NCBI GenBank assembly: GCA_030390025.1 | Contig: CM059449.1 | Location: forward strand, 15,500,001-15,564,000 | Reading direction: 5' to 3' | Length of the DNA stretch: 64,000 nucleotides | Source of the DNA: Squalus acanthias | Lineage: Eukaryota | Shown here: in pieces, positions 24,101 to 35,389 of the stretch | How positions within the stretch are numbered: the stretch's first letter is position 1 | Layout: each line of letters opens with the position of its first letter | The notes under the pieces: model-generated | What the model was told of the DNA's origin: nothing | Database searches by the model: none | Seen by the model: the letters and a program-made list of their open reading frames with translations, nothing else | Program-made: the position numbers and the translations under genes

Positions 24101-27100
24101 AAAATTAAATTTTTGAAAAAATTTAAAATCTTTTAAAAAGTTATAAAAATAAACTTACCTGTCTTTAAAGTCTATAAAAAAGATATACCTGTAAAAAAAT
24201 TCAAAAAAATACTTAATTCACTACTTACCTTCTTAAAAGCGGGTCTTACTCCTTTTTACATTTCCAAAATCTTCCCTACTTACCTGCGCGTCCAAAGCAT
24301 GAAGTGCACAGCGTGCGCGCAGCCTGTAGCGCGCACGCGATGCACCCAGGCCCCGCCCCCTTTTCGGAAGAGCAATTGCCGGTTTTCAGCGCATGCGCAG
24401 GGCATGCAGAAAACCGGCAATTGGAGTGGGAATACGCGAGAGTACGCAGTGCGTACTCTCGCGTCCCGGGATCAATTTTCGGCCCATTATAAAATATTGT
24501 ATTATCCATAGACCTTAACACTTCCAATTGACTTTGTGGCCAATATGTGTAACATGTGTCACTCAATAGCGGTTCTGGAAACAAGAGCTTTTGAATCATA
24601 GACTCAAACAGCACAGAATGAGGCCATTCGGCCCAACCTGCCTGTCCCGGCTCTCTGAAAGAGCAATAATTAATCCCACTACCCCTGCTCTTTCCCCATA
24701 GCCCTGAAACAGTTCCCTTTTTAAGTATTTATCCAATTCCCTTTTGAAAGGTATTATTGACTCTGTTTCCACCACCCTTTCAGGCAGCGCATTCCAGATC
24801 ACAACAACTCACTGAGTAAATAAAAATTCTCCTAATTTCCCTTTCGCATTTTTTCCCCAGTATCTTAAATCTGTGTCCTCTGGTTGCCGACAGAATAATC
24901 AGACAGATCAATACTGAACTCATGGTCAACGGATTATACCAGATAGATAAGAAAATTAACCAGATTATCATTAAAATCAAATTAAATCGAATGATTAAGC
25001 GTTCGGAGTTTATTAAAAGTGACAGGTTGTTCACGTTTCTTTCTGTCACCCACCTGTTTCATGGATCACTGCGTAGAGCGGATCTGGACTGAAGCAAAAG
25101 AGGACATCAGAAAATGTAGTCATCCAAAACAATAAAATATATTAAAGGAAAAGAAAGTGGCTTTCTTTTTAAAAAAAAGTAGATCTACGTAAACAGTTAC
25201 CTGGTGGGTTGCTGAAGAGTGACTGTGAGGAGAGAAAGACAAAGACAGAAAAATTAAAGAGCTGAATTTATTGATTATATCTGCAAGAAGCAAATGAAAT
25301 AATTGGTATCGAATGAAGTGAATTAAATTTTGGGGGCAATTTTAACCAAACCCGCGGAGAAACGGACGGGATCGGGTGCAACGTTTTGAAGTCAAATGAG
25401 AGCAATATTGGGCGGGTCTAAACCCGGCGTTCCTCCCGATTCCGTGCGTTTCCCGCCCGGTGAGTTCGGATATAATTACCAGAGAATTTGCCAATCACAT
25501 GAAATTCAGTAGACGTACAATTAGTGCTGTTACCTCTCTTACGATGCCGGCTGATAACAACTATGACTATGATGATGATGATGATCAGGAGGGGAACCGC
25601 TACCGCTGCATAGATCAGTGGTGGGATCATTGGTGCGGACTCGCCGTGTCTGCTCTCTCCACCACCTGTGTGTAAATGTGAAGTTTCTTTTTTGAGACAG
25701 AGCATTCAAGAGCAGGAGAATGGTCACATTGAGATTGAGGATCAGCAAATGGGACACAGATTCCCAATCCCCTTTGACATGCGGGGCTATTTCACACTGG
25801 CATACATCAAACTAGGCCACGGATCAAAAAGCAAAATGTCACCAGTGGGCAACTGGGATATTCCCACCCTGGAAGTAACACTGGGCGAATTTTAATGTCG
25901 GGACGCTTAATGAGTTGGTGCCAGTTTCCTTTCTTTTAAATAGCGGGGAGTGGGGGTGGGGATCGTGTGAGTTCTGTTAACATAGGAACAGGAGGAGGCC
26001 ATTCAGCCCCTCGAGCCTGTTCCACCATTCAATGAGATCATGGCTGATCTGCGACCTAACTCCATATACCCAATATCCCTTAATGCATTTGGTTAACAAA
26101 AATCTATCAATCTTCGATTTAAAATTCACAATTCACCCAGCATCAGTTGTCGTTTGAGGAAGAGAGCTCCAAAGTTTTACCACCCTTTGTGTGTGTAGAA
26201 CTGTTTCCTAATTTCACTCCTGAAATGTCTGGCTCTAATTTTTACACCATGTCCCCTAGTCCTAAACTCCCCAATCAGAGGAAGTAATTTCTCTCTATCT
26301 ACCATCTCTGTTCCCCTTAATATCTCGAGAGTGTCCCGCCCAGTTTTCTTGAATTCACTGGACCCTGGAGATCCAATTGGATCCTGAGCACGAACGAGAA
26401 AATCTTCCCGTCCTATTTGCTGGATGCTTAAGACAAATCGAACATCTGGAAATTAGACGTGCCGACACTGAGTGATCAACGTGGTTCTTCCGCGGACCCA
26501 TCTTTGCATTTTGTTGGCGCGCATTGTTGTAATTTCCATTTACACACACAACTATATCCGTCACTACCTCCATTTACAAGATGACAGTGAAATCTAACGT
26601 ATCATAGACGTGTGGACCGGTTTATTCCTAATATTGTCATGCGGTGATTTCAAGGCTCAAGTGTTGCTCTTATTACTGGGCTCTAGTCTTCGCCTCGCAT
26701 ACTGTAACTGGGTTGACTACTTATCTATAGTCCTACCTAAAATTGTATACAGCAACTGAGTGTAATTAATATCCCCTCCATTCATTTATTTAAAAGATCA
26801 TTCTCGGGATACGGACGACGCTAGCGAGGCGGGCATGTTATTGTCCATCTCTGGTTCATCCCTTGAGAAGGTGGTTGTGGACCGCCTTCTTCTTGAACCG
26901 CTGCAGTCCGGTGTGGTGAAGCTTCTCCCGCAGTGCTGTTCGGGAGGCAGTTCCAGGGTTTTGGAAGGAACAGCGATACAAGTCCAAGTCAGGCTGGTGT
27001 GTGACTTGGAGAGGAACTTGGAGGTGATGGCGTTCCCATGCTTCTGCTGCCCTTGTCCTTCTAGGTGGTGGAGATCGCGAGTTTGGGAGTTCCAATTGAT

Positions 27101-30100
27101 AGAATGGAGAATTTACCTATCCTGACAATATTACCCCTAGAAAAATCCCATATGATTGCGTGCAATTTCATTGGTAAGAATATCTCCACCAATCCAAACT
27201 TACTGTATTGACGCCGTTCCACGATCACTTTTGTCCCGGGTCCGTCTGCTGCAGCGAATCCCACGAGCTCCACTTTGCAGAAATAGAACCCTGTATCTTC
27301 CGGTTTCAGCTGGATTATTCTAATCGAAGCATTTCCCCTCTGGCTGAAATCCTCTTCACTTGCCCCGAACACCCTGCCTCTGTATTCCGCTGTATTGTTG
27401 GAAACTTCATTTCCCTGTTTGTTGCCTCTGTGCCACGTGTAGCTGCCGATTCCTGTGGGACCCTCATATCTACAGAGCAGGTCCGCTGTCTGTCCTGCGG
27501 TTTTGGTGAGAGATTGCGGGCTCTGAATTACGGTGATGTTTCCAACAGTAACTGCTGCAAGTGGGTAAAACAGACCATTTATAAATATACAGGGCACTTC
27601 TTTGCTTCAAAGCACGCCATGGAAGGGCTGGTGGTGGAGGTCGCGAGTTTGGGAGTCCCAATTGATCGAATGGTGAATTTACCTATGCGGACCATATTAC
27701 CCCCTGAAAAATCCCATATGATTGCGTGCAATTTAATTGGTAAGAATATCTCCACCAATCCAAACTTACTGTATTGATGCCGTTCCACGGTCACTGTTGT
27801 CCCGGGTCCCTCTGCTGCAGCGATTCCCACGAGCTCCACTTTGCAGACATAGAACCCGGTATCTTCCGGTTTTAGCTGGATTATTCTAATGGACGCGTCT
27901 CCCCTCTGGCTGAAATCCTCTCCACTTGCCCCGAACACCCTGCCTCTGTATTCCGCTGTATTGTTGGAAACTTCATTTCCCTGTTTGGTGCCTCGGTGCC
28001 ACGTGTAGCTGCCGATTCCTCTGGGACCCTCATATCTGCAGTGCAGGTCCGCTGTCTGTCCCGCGGTTTTGGTGAGTGATTGCGGGCTCTGAATTACGGT
28101 GATGTTTCCAACAGTAACTGCTGCAAGTGGGTAAAACAGACCATTTATAAATATACAGGGCACTTCTTTGCTTTAAAGCAGGCCGTGGAATGGCTGGTTT
28201 TAAGCAAATATTATTTCGGAGGATTTTTGATAAGGTATTCCTGATCTTTAACTTGAGGGAATAAAAACAGAAAATACTGGAAACGCTCAGCAGGCCAGGC
28301 AGCATCTGTGGAGAGAGGAACAGAGTCAACGTTTCAGGTCTATGACCTTTCCTCAGAACTGGAAAAAGTTGGAGATGTACCAGGTCTTCAGCAAATGTAG
28401 GGGCCAGGAAAAGGGGGAAGGGGAGGAAAGAACAAAAGGGAAGGTCTGTGATAGAGTGGAAGGCAGGAGAGATTAAATAACACAAGGGACGATGGGGCAA
28501 GAGAAAAGGAGATGGTAATGGGACAAGTTATGAAACAAAAGATGGGTCTAGAGGGGCTGTACATGGTTAACTTGAGGGCTTTTGGTGCTGGAACTGGAGC
28601 GCCTTTGGTTTTTAGGCGCACTCCTCTGTCAAGTATAGAATGATGCGGAGATGCCGCTGTTGGACTGGGGTGGATGAAAGTGAGAAGTCGGGCAAAACCA
28701 GGTTATAGTCCAACAGCGTTATTTGAAATCACAAGCTTTCGGAGCGCTGCTCCTTCGTCAGGTGAAGTGAAGAAATACATATGGGCACAGCATAAATAGT
28801 CAGAGAACAATGCCAGACGACTACAGTTAATCTTTCTAACTGCCCTTTATCACACCTCGGCAGAGAGACAATCACGGCAATCAAAGGTGTGGATGGTGTC
28901 CAACCAGGTCAGTCAGGAAGACATTACATCAAAGACGATAGCAAAATACAACAAAGACAATGAGGTGGGGTCACAATGGGTCAAATGTGGCAGCTGCTGG
29001 AGTCTGTATGGAAAACTATTTTTTGTTTTACTTTTCTTGCTGGAAATTACAGCAGGCCGCATCTGTGTAGAGAGAACAAGCCAGCGACGACTCGAGTCTG
29101 GATGACTCTACGTCAGGTGGGGTTACAGGTAGCGTGACATGAACCCAAGATCCCGGTTGAGGCCATCCTCATGGGTGCGGAACTTGGCTATCAGTTTCTG
29201 CTCGATGATTTTGCGTTGTCGTGTGTCTCGAAGGCCACCTTGGAGAACGCTTACCCGAAGATCGGAGGCTGAATGTCCTTGACTGCTGAAGTGTTCCCCG
29301 ACTGGGAGGTAACACTCCTGCCTGGCGATTGTTGCGCAGGTGTCCGTTCATACATTGTCGCAGTGTCTGCATGGTCTCGCCGATGTACCATGCTCCGGGG
29401 CATCCTTTCCCGCAACATATGAGGTAGACAACGTTGGCCGAGTCTCATGAGTATGTACCATGTACCTGGTGGGTAGTGTCCTCACGTGTGATGATGGTAT
29501 CTGTGTTAATGATCTGGCATGTCTTGCAGAGGTTGCCGTGGCACTCCAGCAGCTGCCACATTTGACCCCTTGTGACCCCACCTCATTGTCTTTGTTGTAT
29601 TTTGCTATCGTCTTTGATGTAATGTCTTCCTGACTGACCTGGTTGGACACCATCCACACCTTTGATTGCCGTGATTGTCTCTCTGCCGAGGTGTGAGAAA
29701 GGGCAGTTAGAAAGATTAACTGTAGTCGTCTGGCATTGTTCTCTGACTATTTATGCTGTGCCCATATGTATTTCTTCACTTCACCTGACGAAGGAGCAGC
29801 GCTTCGAAAGCTTGTGATTTCAAATAAAGCTGTTGGACTATAACCTGGTGTTGTGCGACTTCTCACTCAAGTATAGAATGGATCTGGTACAAAGTACCTC
29901 TGACCCGTTCCAAATAATAAGCATTCACTTTGATTTCAGTTCTCCCGATATGCTTTCTGTGCAGTTCCCGGTCTCATTTACACTTTGATCGAGGGTGTGA
30001 AATGGGCAATCTCGAAGCCCGATGTTCTCTTCCATTTGGGGGTCATTTTAACTTTGGGTGCTAAATGGGCGAGGTCGGGTCGGCTGCCTGAAATTACAAT

Positions 30101-31748
30101 GGGCGGATGATCCGATGTCGCCCGTTTCAGACGCTCGCGTAAAGTCCAAATCACCTCCAACAAGTGATTTGAAGTTTAATCTCATTAGTCTGATCAGATT
30201 GGAAGTCAGATAGATGCTAAACCCTAGCGACCTTCTCACTAATAATCAGCGGTGACCGGAGAATATGTAAAATTCAAACAGAATATTAATAGTCAAAATA
30301 ATGAATCGATCTGAATGTCCTCAGCTTGTTACATGTAGTGACATTACAAATTGGATGAAAGATTTCCCACTTTGGGTATACCTTGTAAAACCGCCAATAC
30401 CTCTTTAATTTTTTTTCATGATTTTGCTACAACTACGGATCAGAGAAAATAGTCAATGCACTTGCGACCTCGTTCCGCGCAGCAAGCAGCGCTACTCTTG
30501 CCCTGTGCTGATAACTAGAGAAAGTTTGTATCCAATTAAACTGCGAGAAATAATATGAATTGAACAATGAAAATGTCATGCCCTCTGGAAACGGGTGTTT
30601 ACTTGAACACAGCCAGCACTCCAAATATTCACTCCAAGGACTGTTGTGGATACAGAATCTTGACATTTTTGGTAGATATAATATCATAGAATCATAGAAT
30701 AATACAGCAGAGAAGGAGGCAGTTCGGCCCATCGTGTCTGTGCCGGCTGTTTCGAAGAACAATCCAGTTAGTCCCACTCCCCCCTCTCTTTCCCCATATC
30801 ACTGCAATCTTTTTCTCCTTCAAATATTTGTCCAATTCCCTTTTGAAGGCAAATTGAATCTGTATCTACCACCCTATCAGGCAGAGGACAAGGGCAATCT
30901 ATACTTCAGGGAGCAACATACATTATGCTCTACTGGACCAGATACAGTAAACCTCTTTACCCGAGAGCTGATCCGTCTCTCACGTTTACATCTCTCTTTC
31001 TCGCTCTGTCTTCCTCAGTCTCTCTTTCTGTCTCTCACACACACGCACGATTGGAACCTATTTCTCTCTCTCTCTCTCTCGTTTCCTATTCCTATCCATG
31101 ACTTCTTGATTTAACTCGTCTTCCCTCCCACTATTTGCAACCTTGATGCTGTCCTTCGCCATGGGCGATTGGCGCTTCACCTAAATGCCTCAATTCAAAA
31201 TAAGCAACCTCGAAAGCGTTAGCTTCTCTGTGGCGAGCCCTGGTTAACTGGGAGATTGATTATATTACCAGGACATAATTCATTACCACGGCGCTGAGAT
31301 ATTAAGATGGTTAATCTCGCGTCTTTGAGAATTTCCGCACAAACCTGATGTTTTATGATTTGCAGGCGAGCTGGTCATGAATATAAAATTGGTTAAATCC
31401 ACAATCTGGTGCTGTGATCAGCAAATATGGTATATCGGAATAAGATTTAACCAGATACACATATAAATAAGAAAAAAGGATGGGAGGACATCGCTTGGGT
31501 ATTTAATATCTAATTAAGACACACAATATTTCATTAAAGTCATTCCGAAATAATGGAAATTAAATCCAGTCAATTTCAATAAAATGCAGCCACTCCGAAA
31601 CGCCAGCTTAACGCTCAGGCGGCAAGTTGAAAATCTACCCCATATTCTTGAACGGATCTGATGTGTCAGAAATAAGCTTACCGGAGAACATAGCGAATGC
31701 CCAGGTAACTGCAGCCCAATTCATTCTCCCTGTCGGCGGTGATATCAT
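21083..31748 (-). CDS. NCR3: Complete inhibitory-type NKp30/NCR3-like receptor gene (copy I2): leader-V-V-TM-cytoplasmic tail with 2 ITIMs, 8 exons, 368 aa
   Basis: Exons 31748-31682, 28120-27770, 27554-27204, 25665-25534, 25222-25201, 25088-25054, 22763-22723 and 21190-21083. All introns are GT-AG with phases 1,1,1,1,2,1,0. The total of 1107 nt (369 codons) reads without an internal stop. The downstream exons and their splice sites are conserved in the paralogous copies. Confidence 0.8.
22723..22763 (-). CDS. I2 exon 7: 41-nt exon (DRNNDSSECRRTNR)
   Basis: Acceptor ctatgctttatag| and donor TCGG|gtatgt. Phase 1 to 0 exactly bridges exon 6 to the ITIM exon. Copies at 10276-10316 and 53247-53287. 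Confidence 0.68.
23748..24485. mobile_element. Non-autonomous DNA transposon (PIF/Harbinger-like MITE), 738 bp
   Basis: Imperfect TIRs GGCCCAGAAATTGATC / GATCAATTTTCGGCCC and a 3-bp TSD (ATT). Absent from the paralogous sites near 11300 and 54262. Confidence 0.75.
25054..25088 (-). CDS. I2 exon 6: 35-nt exon (SPDPLYAVIHET) with YxxI motif
   Basis: Acceptor cttttgcttcag| and donor ACAG|gtgggt. Only the phase-2 frame is open, as the upstream exon requires. Copies at 11867-11901 (LYSVI) and 54833-54867 (LYTVI). Confidence 0.78.
25201..25222 (-). CDS. I2 exon 5: 22-nt cytoplasmic micro-exon (VTLQQPT)
   Basis: Long polypyrimidine tract ending ctcctcacag| and donor CCAG|gtaact, phase 1 to 2. Conserved at 54978-54999. 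Confidence 0.75.
25534..25665 (-). CDS. I2 exon 4: stalk + uncharged TM (SGGESRHGESAPMIPPLIYAAVAVPLLIIIIIIVIVVISRHRKR)
   Basis: Acceptor tttacacacag|GT and donor AGAG|gtaaca give 132 nt, phase 1-1. The hydrophobic span has no charged residue and is followed by a basic stop-transfer RHRKR. Paralog at 55312-55443. Confidence 0.88.
27204..27554 (-). CDS. NCR3: I2 exon 3: IgV domain V2, tandem duplicate of V1
   Basis: Same splice sites and 351-nt length as V1, repeat period 566 bp, open frame, both Cys, Trp and GPGT retained. About 20 nt and 11 aa differ from V1 by manual count. Confidence 0.88.
27770..28120 (-). CDS. NCR3: I2 exon 2: IgV domain V1 (NKp30-like)
   Basis: NAGNAG acceptor ttgcag|CAG and donor TACA|gtaagt give 351 nt. 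Encodes GIGSYTWHRG..GNEVSNNTAEYRGRV..DTGFYVCKVELVGIAAAEGPGTTVTV, which closely parallels human NKp30 AIGSVTW..GKEVRNGTPEFRGRL..YVCRVEVLG..GNGTRLVV. Confidence 0.9.
28643..29866. mobile_element. Penelope-like fold-back insertion in I2 intron 1: 324-bp inverted repeats around a GIY-YIG fragment, 14-bp TSD
   Basis: Arms 28680-29003 and 29543-29866 are near-perfect reverse complements. The minus-strand spacer reads ..ANVVYLICCGKGCPGAWYIGETMQTLRQCMNGH. TSD TCAAGTATAGAATG at 28629-28642 and 29867-29880, with an empty site near 57860. Confidence 0.85.
28729..28765 (-). ncRNA. Minimal type-I hammerhead ribozyme motif (Penelope-associated)
   Basis: TCAC-CTGACGA-A-GGAGC-agc-GCTCC-GAAAGCTT-GTGA: CUGANGA and GAAA core, stem I TCAC/GTGA, 5-bp stem II, and palindromic AAGCTT in place of stem III. 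The mirror copy is at 29781-29817 (+). Confidence 0.65.
31682..31748 (-). CDS. I2 exon 1: signal peptide MISPPTGRMNWAAVTWAFAMFS(A)
   Basis: ATG at 31748 (alternative in-frame ATG at 31724), hydrophobic core, phase-1 donor TCCG|gtaagc. Joins AVTVG-NITV of the V exon to complete a plausible signal peptide. Confidence 0.72.
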
Positions 31749-31813
31749 TTCAGAAAGAAATTCAAGTAGAGTACAGACAGGAATATTTGAGTAATGCAGT
31801 GGGAGAGTGAACC

Positions 31814-31877
31814 TGAGTCAGAGTCCGGATGTGATGGAATGGAAAACAATGAATTGCAAGCTGTATATACAACCGCA
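31814..31877 (-). promoter_or_regulatory. Candidate proximal promoter of I2: AP-1 (TGAGTCA 31814-31820), ETS (CCGGATGT 31825-31832), RUNX (AACCGCA 31871-31877)
   Basis: Three consensus motifs cluster 65-130 bp upstream of the leader ATG. These are motif matches only. Confidence 0.4.
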
Positions 31878-32296
31878 GATATCTCTCGCACATGGTTGTG
31901 TCTCTCTCTCGCTCACACACACACACACTCTCTCATTCTCTCTCAAGGACAGTTCGCAGCAGATACTCTATCGCGGGTTAGATTCTTGGCTTCACCTGTA
32001 ACCTGGGTACGTCTCTGACCACGGGATAGGAGGCAGAGAGTCGTGGATGTTGCTGTCACTGGTGAGAAGTAGCGTTAGAGTTCAGGAGGACATAGCCTGA
32101 TGAAATGGGCAGGCACATGGCAGATGCAATTTAATGCGTCTAAGTGTGAAGTGATGCACTTTGAGAGGAGCAACATGGAAAGGCACTGTGACCTAAATGG
32201 TGCTATTTTGAGGGGGTGCAGCTGCACAGGGACCTGGGTGTGCACATTCACAAATATCTGAAGGTGGCAGGGCAAGTTGACAAGGCAGTGAAGAAA

Positions 32297-34200
32297 GTCA
32301 TAGAGTCATAGAGTTATACAGCATAGAAAGAGGCTCTTCGGCCCATCGTGTCCGCGCCGGCCATCAAGCCCTGTGTATTTTAATCCCATTTTCCAGCACT
32401 TGGTCCGTAGCCTTGTATGCTATGGCGTTTCAAGTGCTCATCTAAAGGCTTCTTGAATGTTGTGAGGGTTCCTGCCTCTACCACCCTTTCAGGCAGTGAG
32501 TTCCAGATTCCAACCACCCTCTGGGTGAAAAAGTGTTTCCTCAAATCCCCTCTAAACCTCCTGCCCCTTACCTTGAAACTATGCACCCTGGTTATTAACC
32601 CCTCTACTAAGGGGAAAAGTTCCTTTCTATCTACCCTATCTATGCCCCTCATAATTTTGTACACCTCAATCAGGTCCCCCCTCAGCCTTCTCTGCTCTAA
32701 GGAAAACAACCCCAGCCTGTCCAGTCTCTCTTCATAGCTGAAGCGCTCCAGCCCAGGTAACATCCTGGTGAATCTCCTCTGCACCCTCTCTAATGCAATC
32801 ACATCCTTCCTATAGTGTGGCGACCAGAACTGCACACAGTATTCCAGCTGTGCCCTAACTAGCGTTTTGTACAGCTCCATCATAACCTCCCTGCTCTTAT
32901 ATTCTATGCCTTGTCTAATGAAGGCAAGTATCCCATATGCCTTTTTAACCACCTTATCTACCTGTCCTGCTGCCTTCAGGGATCTATGTACATGCACGCC
33001 AATGTCCGGCTGATCCTCTGTCCTTCCTATGGTCCTACCATTCATTGTATATTCCCTTGCCTTGTTAGTCCTCCCTAAATACATCACCTCACACTTTTCA
33101 GGGTTAAATTCCATTTGCCATTGTTCTGCCCATCTGGCCAACCCGTCTATATCATCCTGTAGCCTGAGGCTTCCCGCCTCGCTATTTACCACCCCACGAA
33201 TTTTCGTGTCATCTGCAAACTTACTGATAATACCACCTACATTCATATCTAAATCATTAATGTACACTACAAACAGCAAAGTACCCAGTACCAATCACTG
33301 CGGTACACCACTGGACACAGGCTTCCAGTCACAAAAACAACCTTCGACCATCACCCTCTGCCTCCTGCAACTAAGCCAATTTTGGATCCAATGAGCCAAG
33401 TTGCCCTGGATCCCATGGGCTTATATCTTCTTGACCAGTCTCCCCTGCGGGACTTTGTCAAATGCCTTACTGAAGTCCATGTAGACCACATCAACTGCAC
33501 TACCCTCATCCACACACGTAGTCACCCCTCAAAAAATTCAATCAAAATGGTCAGACATGATCTCCCCCTGACAAAGCCATGCTACTATCCTTGATTAATC
33601 CTTGCCTCTCCAAGTGGAGACTAATTCTGTTCCTCAGAATTTTTACCAATAATATCCCTACCACTGGTGTTAGGCTCACTCTCCTGTAATTCCCTGGTTT
33701 ATCCCTACTACCCTTCTTGAATAATGGTACTACGTTAGCTGTTCTCCAGTCCTCTGGCACCTCCCCTGTGGCCAGAGAGGTTCTGAAAATTTGTGTCAGA
33801 GCCCCTGCAATCTCCTCCCTTGCCTCACACAGCAGCTTGGGATACCTCTCGTCTGGGCCTGGGGATGTATGTACTTTTAAGCCTGCTAAAACCGCTAGTA
33901 CCTCCTCCCTCTCAATACTAATTTGTTCAAGTATATCATAATACCCCTGCCTGATTTCTATGCCTACATCGTCCTTCTCCATAGTGAACACAGATGCAAA
34001 ATGTTCATTTAAAACCCCACCTACATCTTCTGGCTCCACAAACAGATTTCCACTTTGGTCCCTAATGGGCACTACTATTTCCCATGTATCCTCTTGACCT
34101 TAATATACTTATAAAACACCTTGGGATTTTCCATGTTTTTGCCCGCCTGTGTTATTTCATGCCCCCGCTTCGCTCTCCTAATTTCTTTTTTAAGTATCCC
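32297..34200 (-). mobile_element. Young 5'-truncated CR1-type LINE (RT C-terminal half), nested in an older plus-strand CR1 fragment (about 32090-32296 and 34203-34410)
   Basis: A 304-aa ORF at 32380-33294 contains SKFADDTK and LEYCVQFWSP, and an upstream fragment contains VPEDWRTANVVPLFKKG. 3' (CTATGA)-type tail. Confidence 0.92.
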
Positions 34201-35389
34201 CTCTGTGTGGGATACGTGGCTTTGTCAATATGGGCATTGAATACAAAAACAAGGAAGTCAAGCTAAGCCTATTCTAAGCACTGGTTAGGAGTCAGCTGGT
34301 GTATTGTGTACAATTCTGGGCACCACTCTTTAGGATGGATGTCAAGGCCCTGGAGAGGCGGCAGAGAATATTTGGGGCGAATGACCTGTTTCTGTGCTGT
34401 AAATTACATGCCATTCTCTGCCCAAACATCGCACCATTAGTCTGCTCGCCTTGTACTAACAATCTATAACAGTTGCCAGATAATAATTTGCCGTTCGTAC
34501 CATTAGCTCTCATTATCCTATCTGTGCTACATCATTGTCCTCATCATTGGTGTCAAGACTGCACATCTGATGGACAAATCTAGGCCCACAGGGCGAGGAG
34601 CTCCTAGAATCAATATACCGTTGATGAGATTGTTAGAGACTCGGAAAATAAGACTTTGTAGGAATGCTGTCTTTAAACGTACGTCTCCTTGAGCCTGTTG
34701 GCAAAGAGAGCATATATGTGTTTATAGTACCGAGACACCTTGGTGAAGGACCAAGTCTCATCGTGGAGAGGATCCGCCAAGGCTCAAAGCAATCGGATGG
34801 GAATATTATGGCCTGCAATACCTATGATTTCTAAGGGGTCTGGCTAAATTCATGGGAAGGAAGGTTTTAAAGGCACGGGGCGGGATGGTCAGGAGAATAG
34901 GGTAACAGTAGCTAGCTCCTGTGCAAGAGCTATAGTGGGTGCATGCGCGATGGGGCGAATAAACTCCTAAGCTACAATTTCTATGATTCAGAGTCCAAAC
35001 AGACCGTCCACATCCCATGAACAAATCAAAAAAATCAACCAATCTCTAACATGTGCAGAGGTTGCTTGTTGCTCGGCAGAACCCAGCTCTACAGCAGCAG
35101 CAGAACTCGGCTTTCCCAATTTCTCACCGTTCCACAAAGGAATGAGTCTGAAACAAGGTCGTGTGAGAGCTTTTAATGATGAAACTATAGTTAGCCAAAA
35201 GAAGCTCGGCAGAGTAAACATTGCGAGAGCGAAGGTCAGACTCCGGCAAAGGGACAAAGTTATCAATTATGCTTCCGAAAATGAAATCAATCAACTCAAT
35301 AATTCTCCATCGTTCAGCCAGATTAGTCAAACTTTGAATCGGCGATCAATGAAATATTCCCCAAGAAGTAAATCAGTCTTCGGTCTATC

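Larger units (their letters stand above)
16715..30123 (+). repeat. Segmental duplication copy 2 (homologous to 3894-11994 and about 43460-58144)
   Basis: Begins inside a Penelope-like fragment (gagttaacgtttcagg) and is colinear through the tail, TM and V exons. Confidence 0.9.

Noticed and set aside
25418-25533. ORF-track tail GNSTNCTSTEFHVIGK.. as the real cytoplasmic domain
   Set aside because: It reads through a good donor into intron/MITE-like sequence. The spliced micro-exon path gives conserved ITIMs instead.
1846-28120. V exons as rearranging TCR/Ig/NAR V segments
   Set aside because: Each exon already includes the G strand (GxGT) and ends in a splice donor. I saw no heptamer-spacer-nonamer at the 3' ends and no J or C exons.
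28887-29659. Two opposite-strand ORFs with the same N-terminus (MWMVSNQVSQEDITSK)
   Set aside because: This is a by-product of the 324-bp inverted repeat.
32380-33294. 304-aa ORF as a host gene or autonomous element
   Set aside because: It is the CR1 reverse-transcriptase C-terminus of a 5'-truncated, frameshifted insertion.
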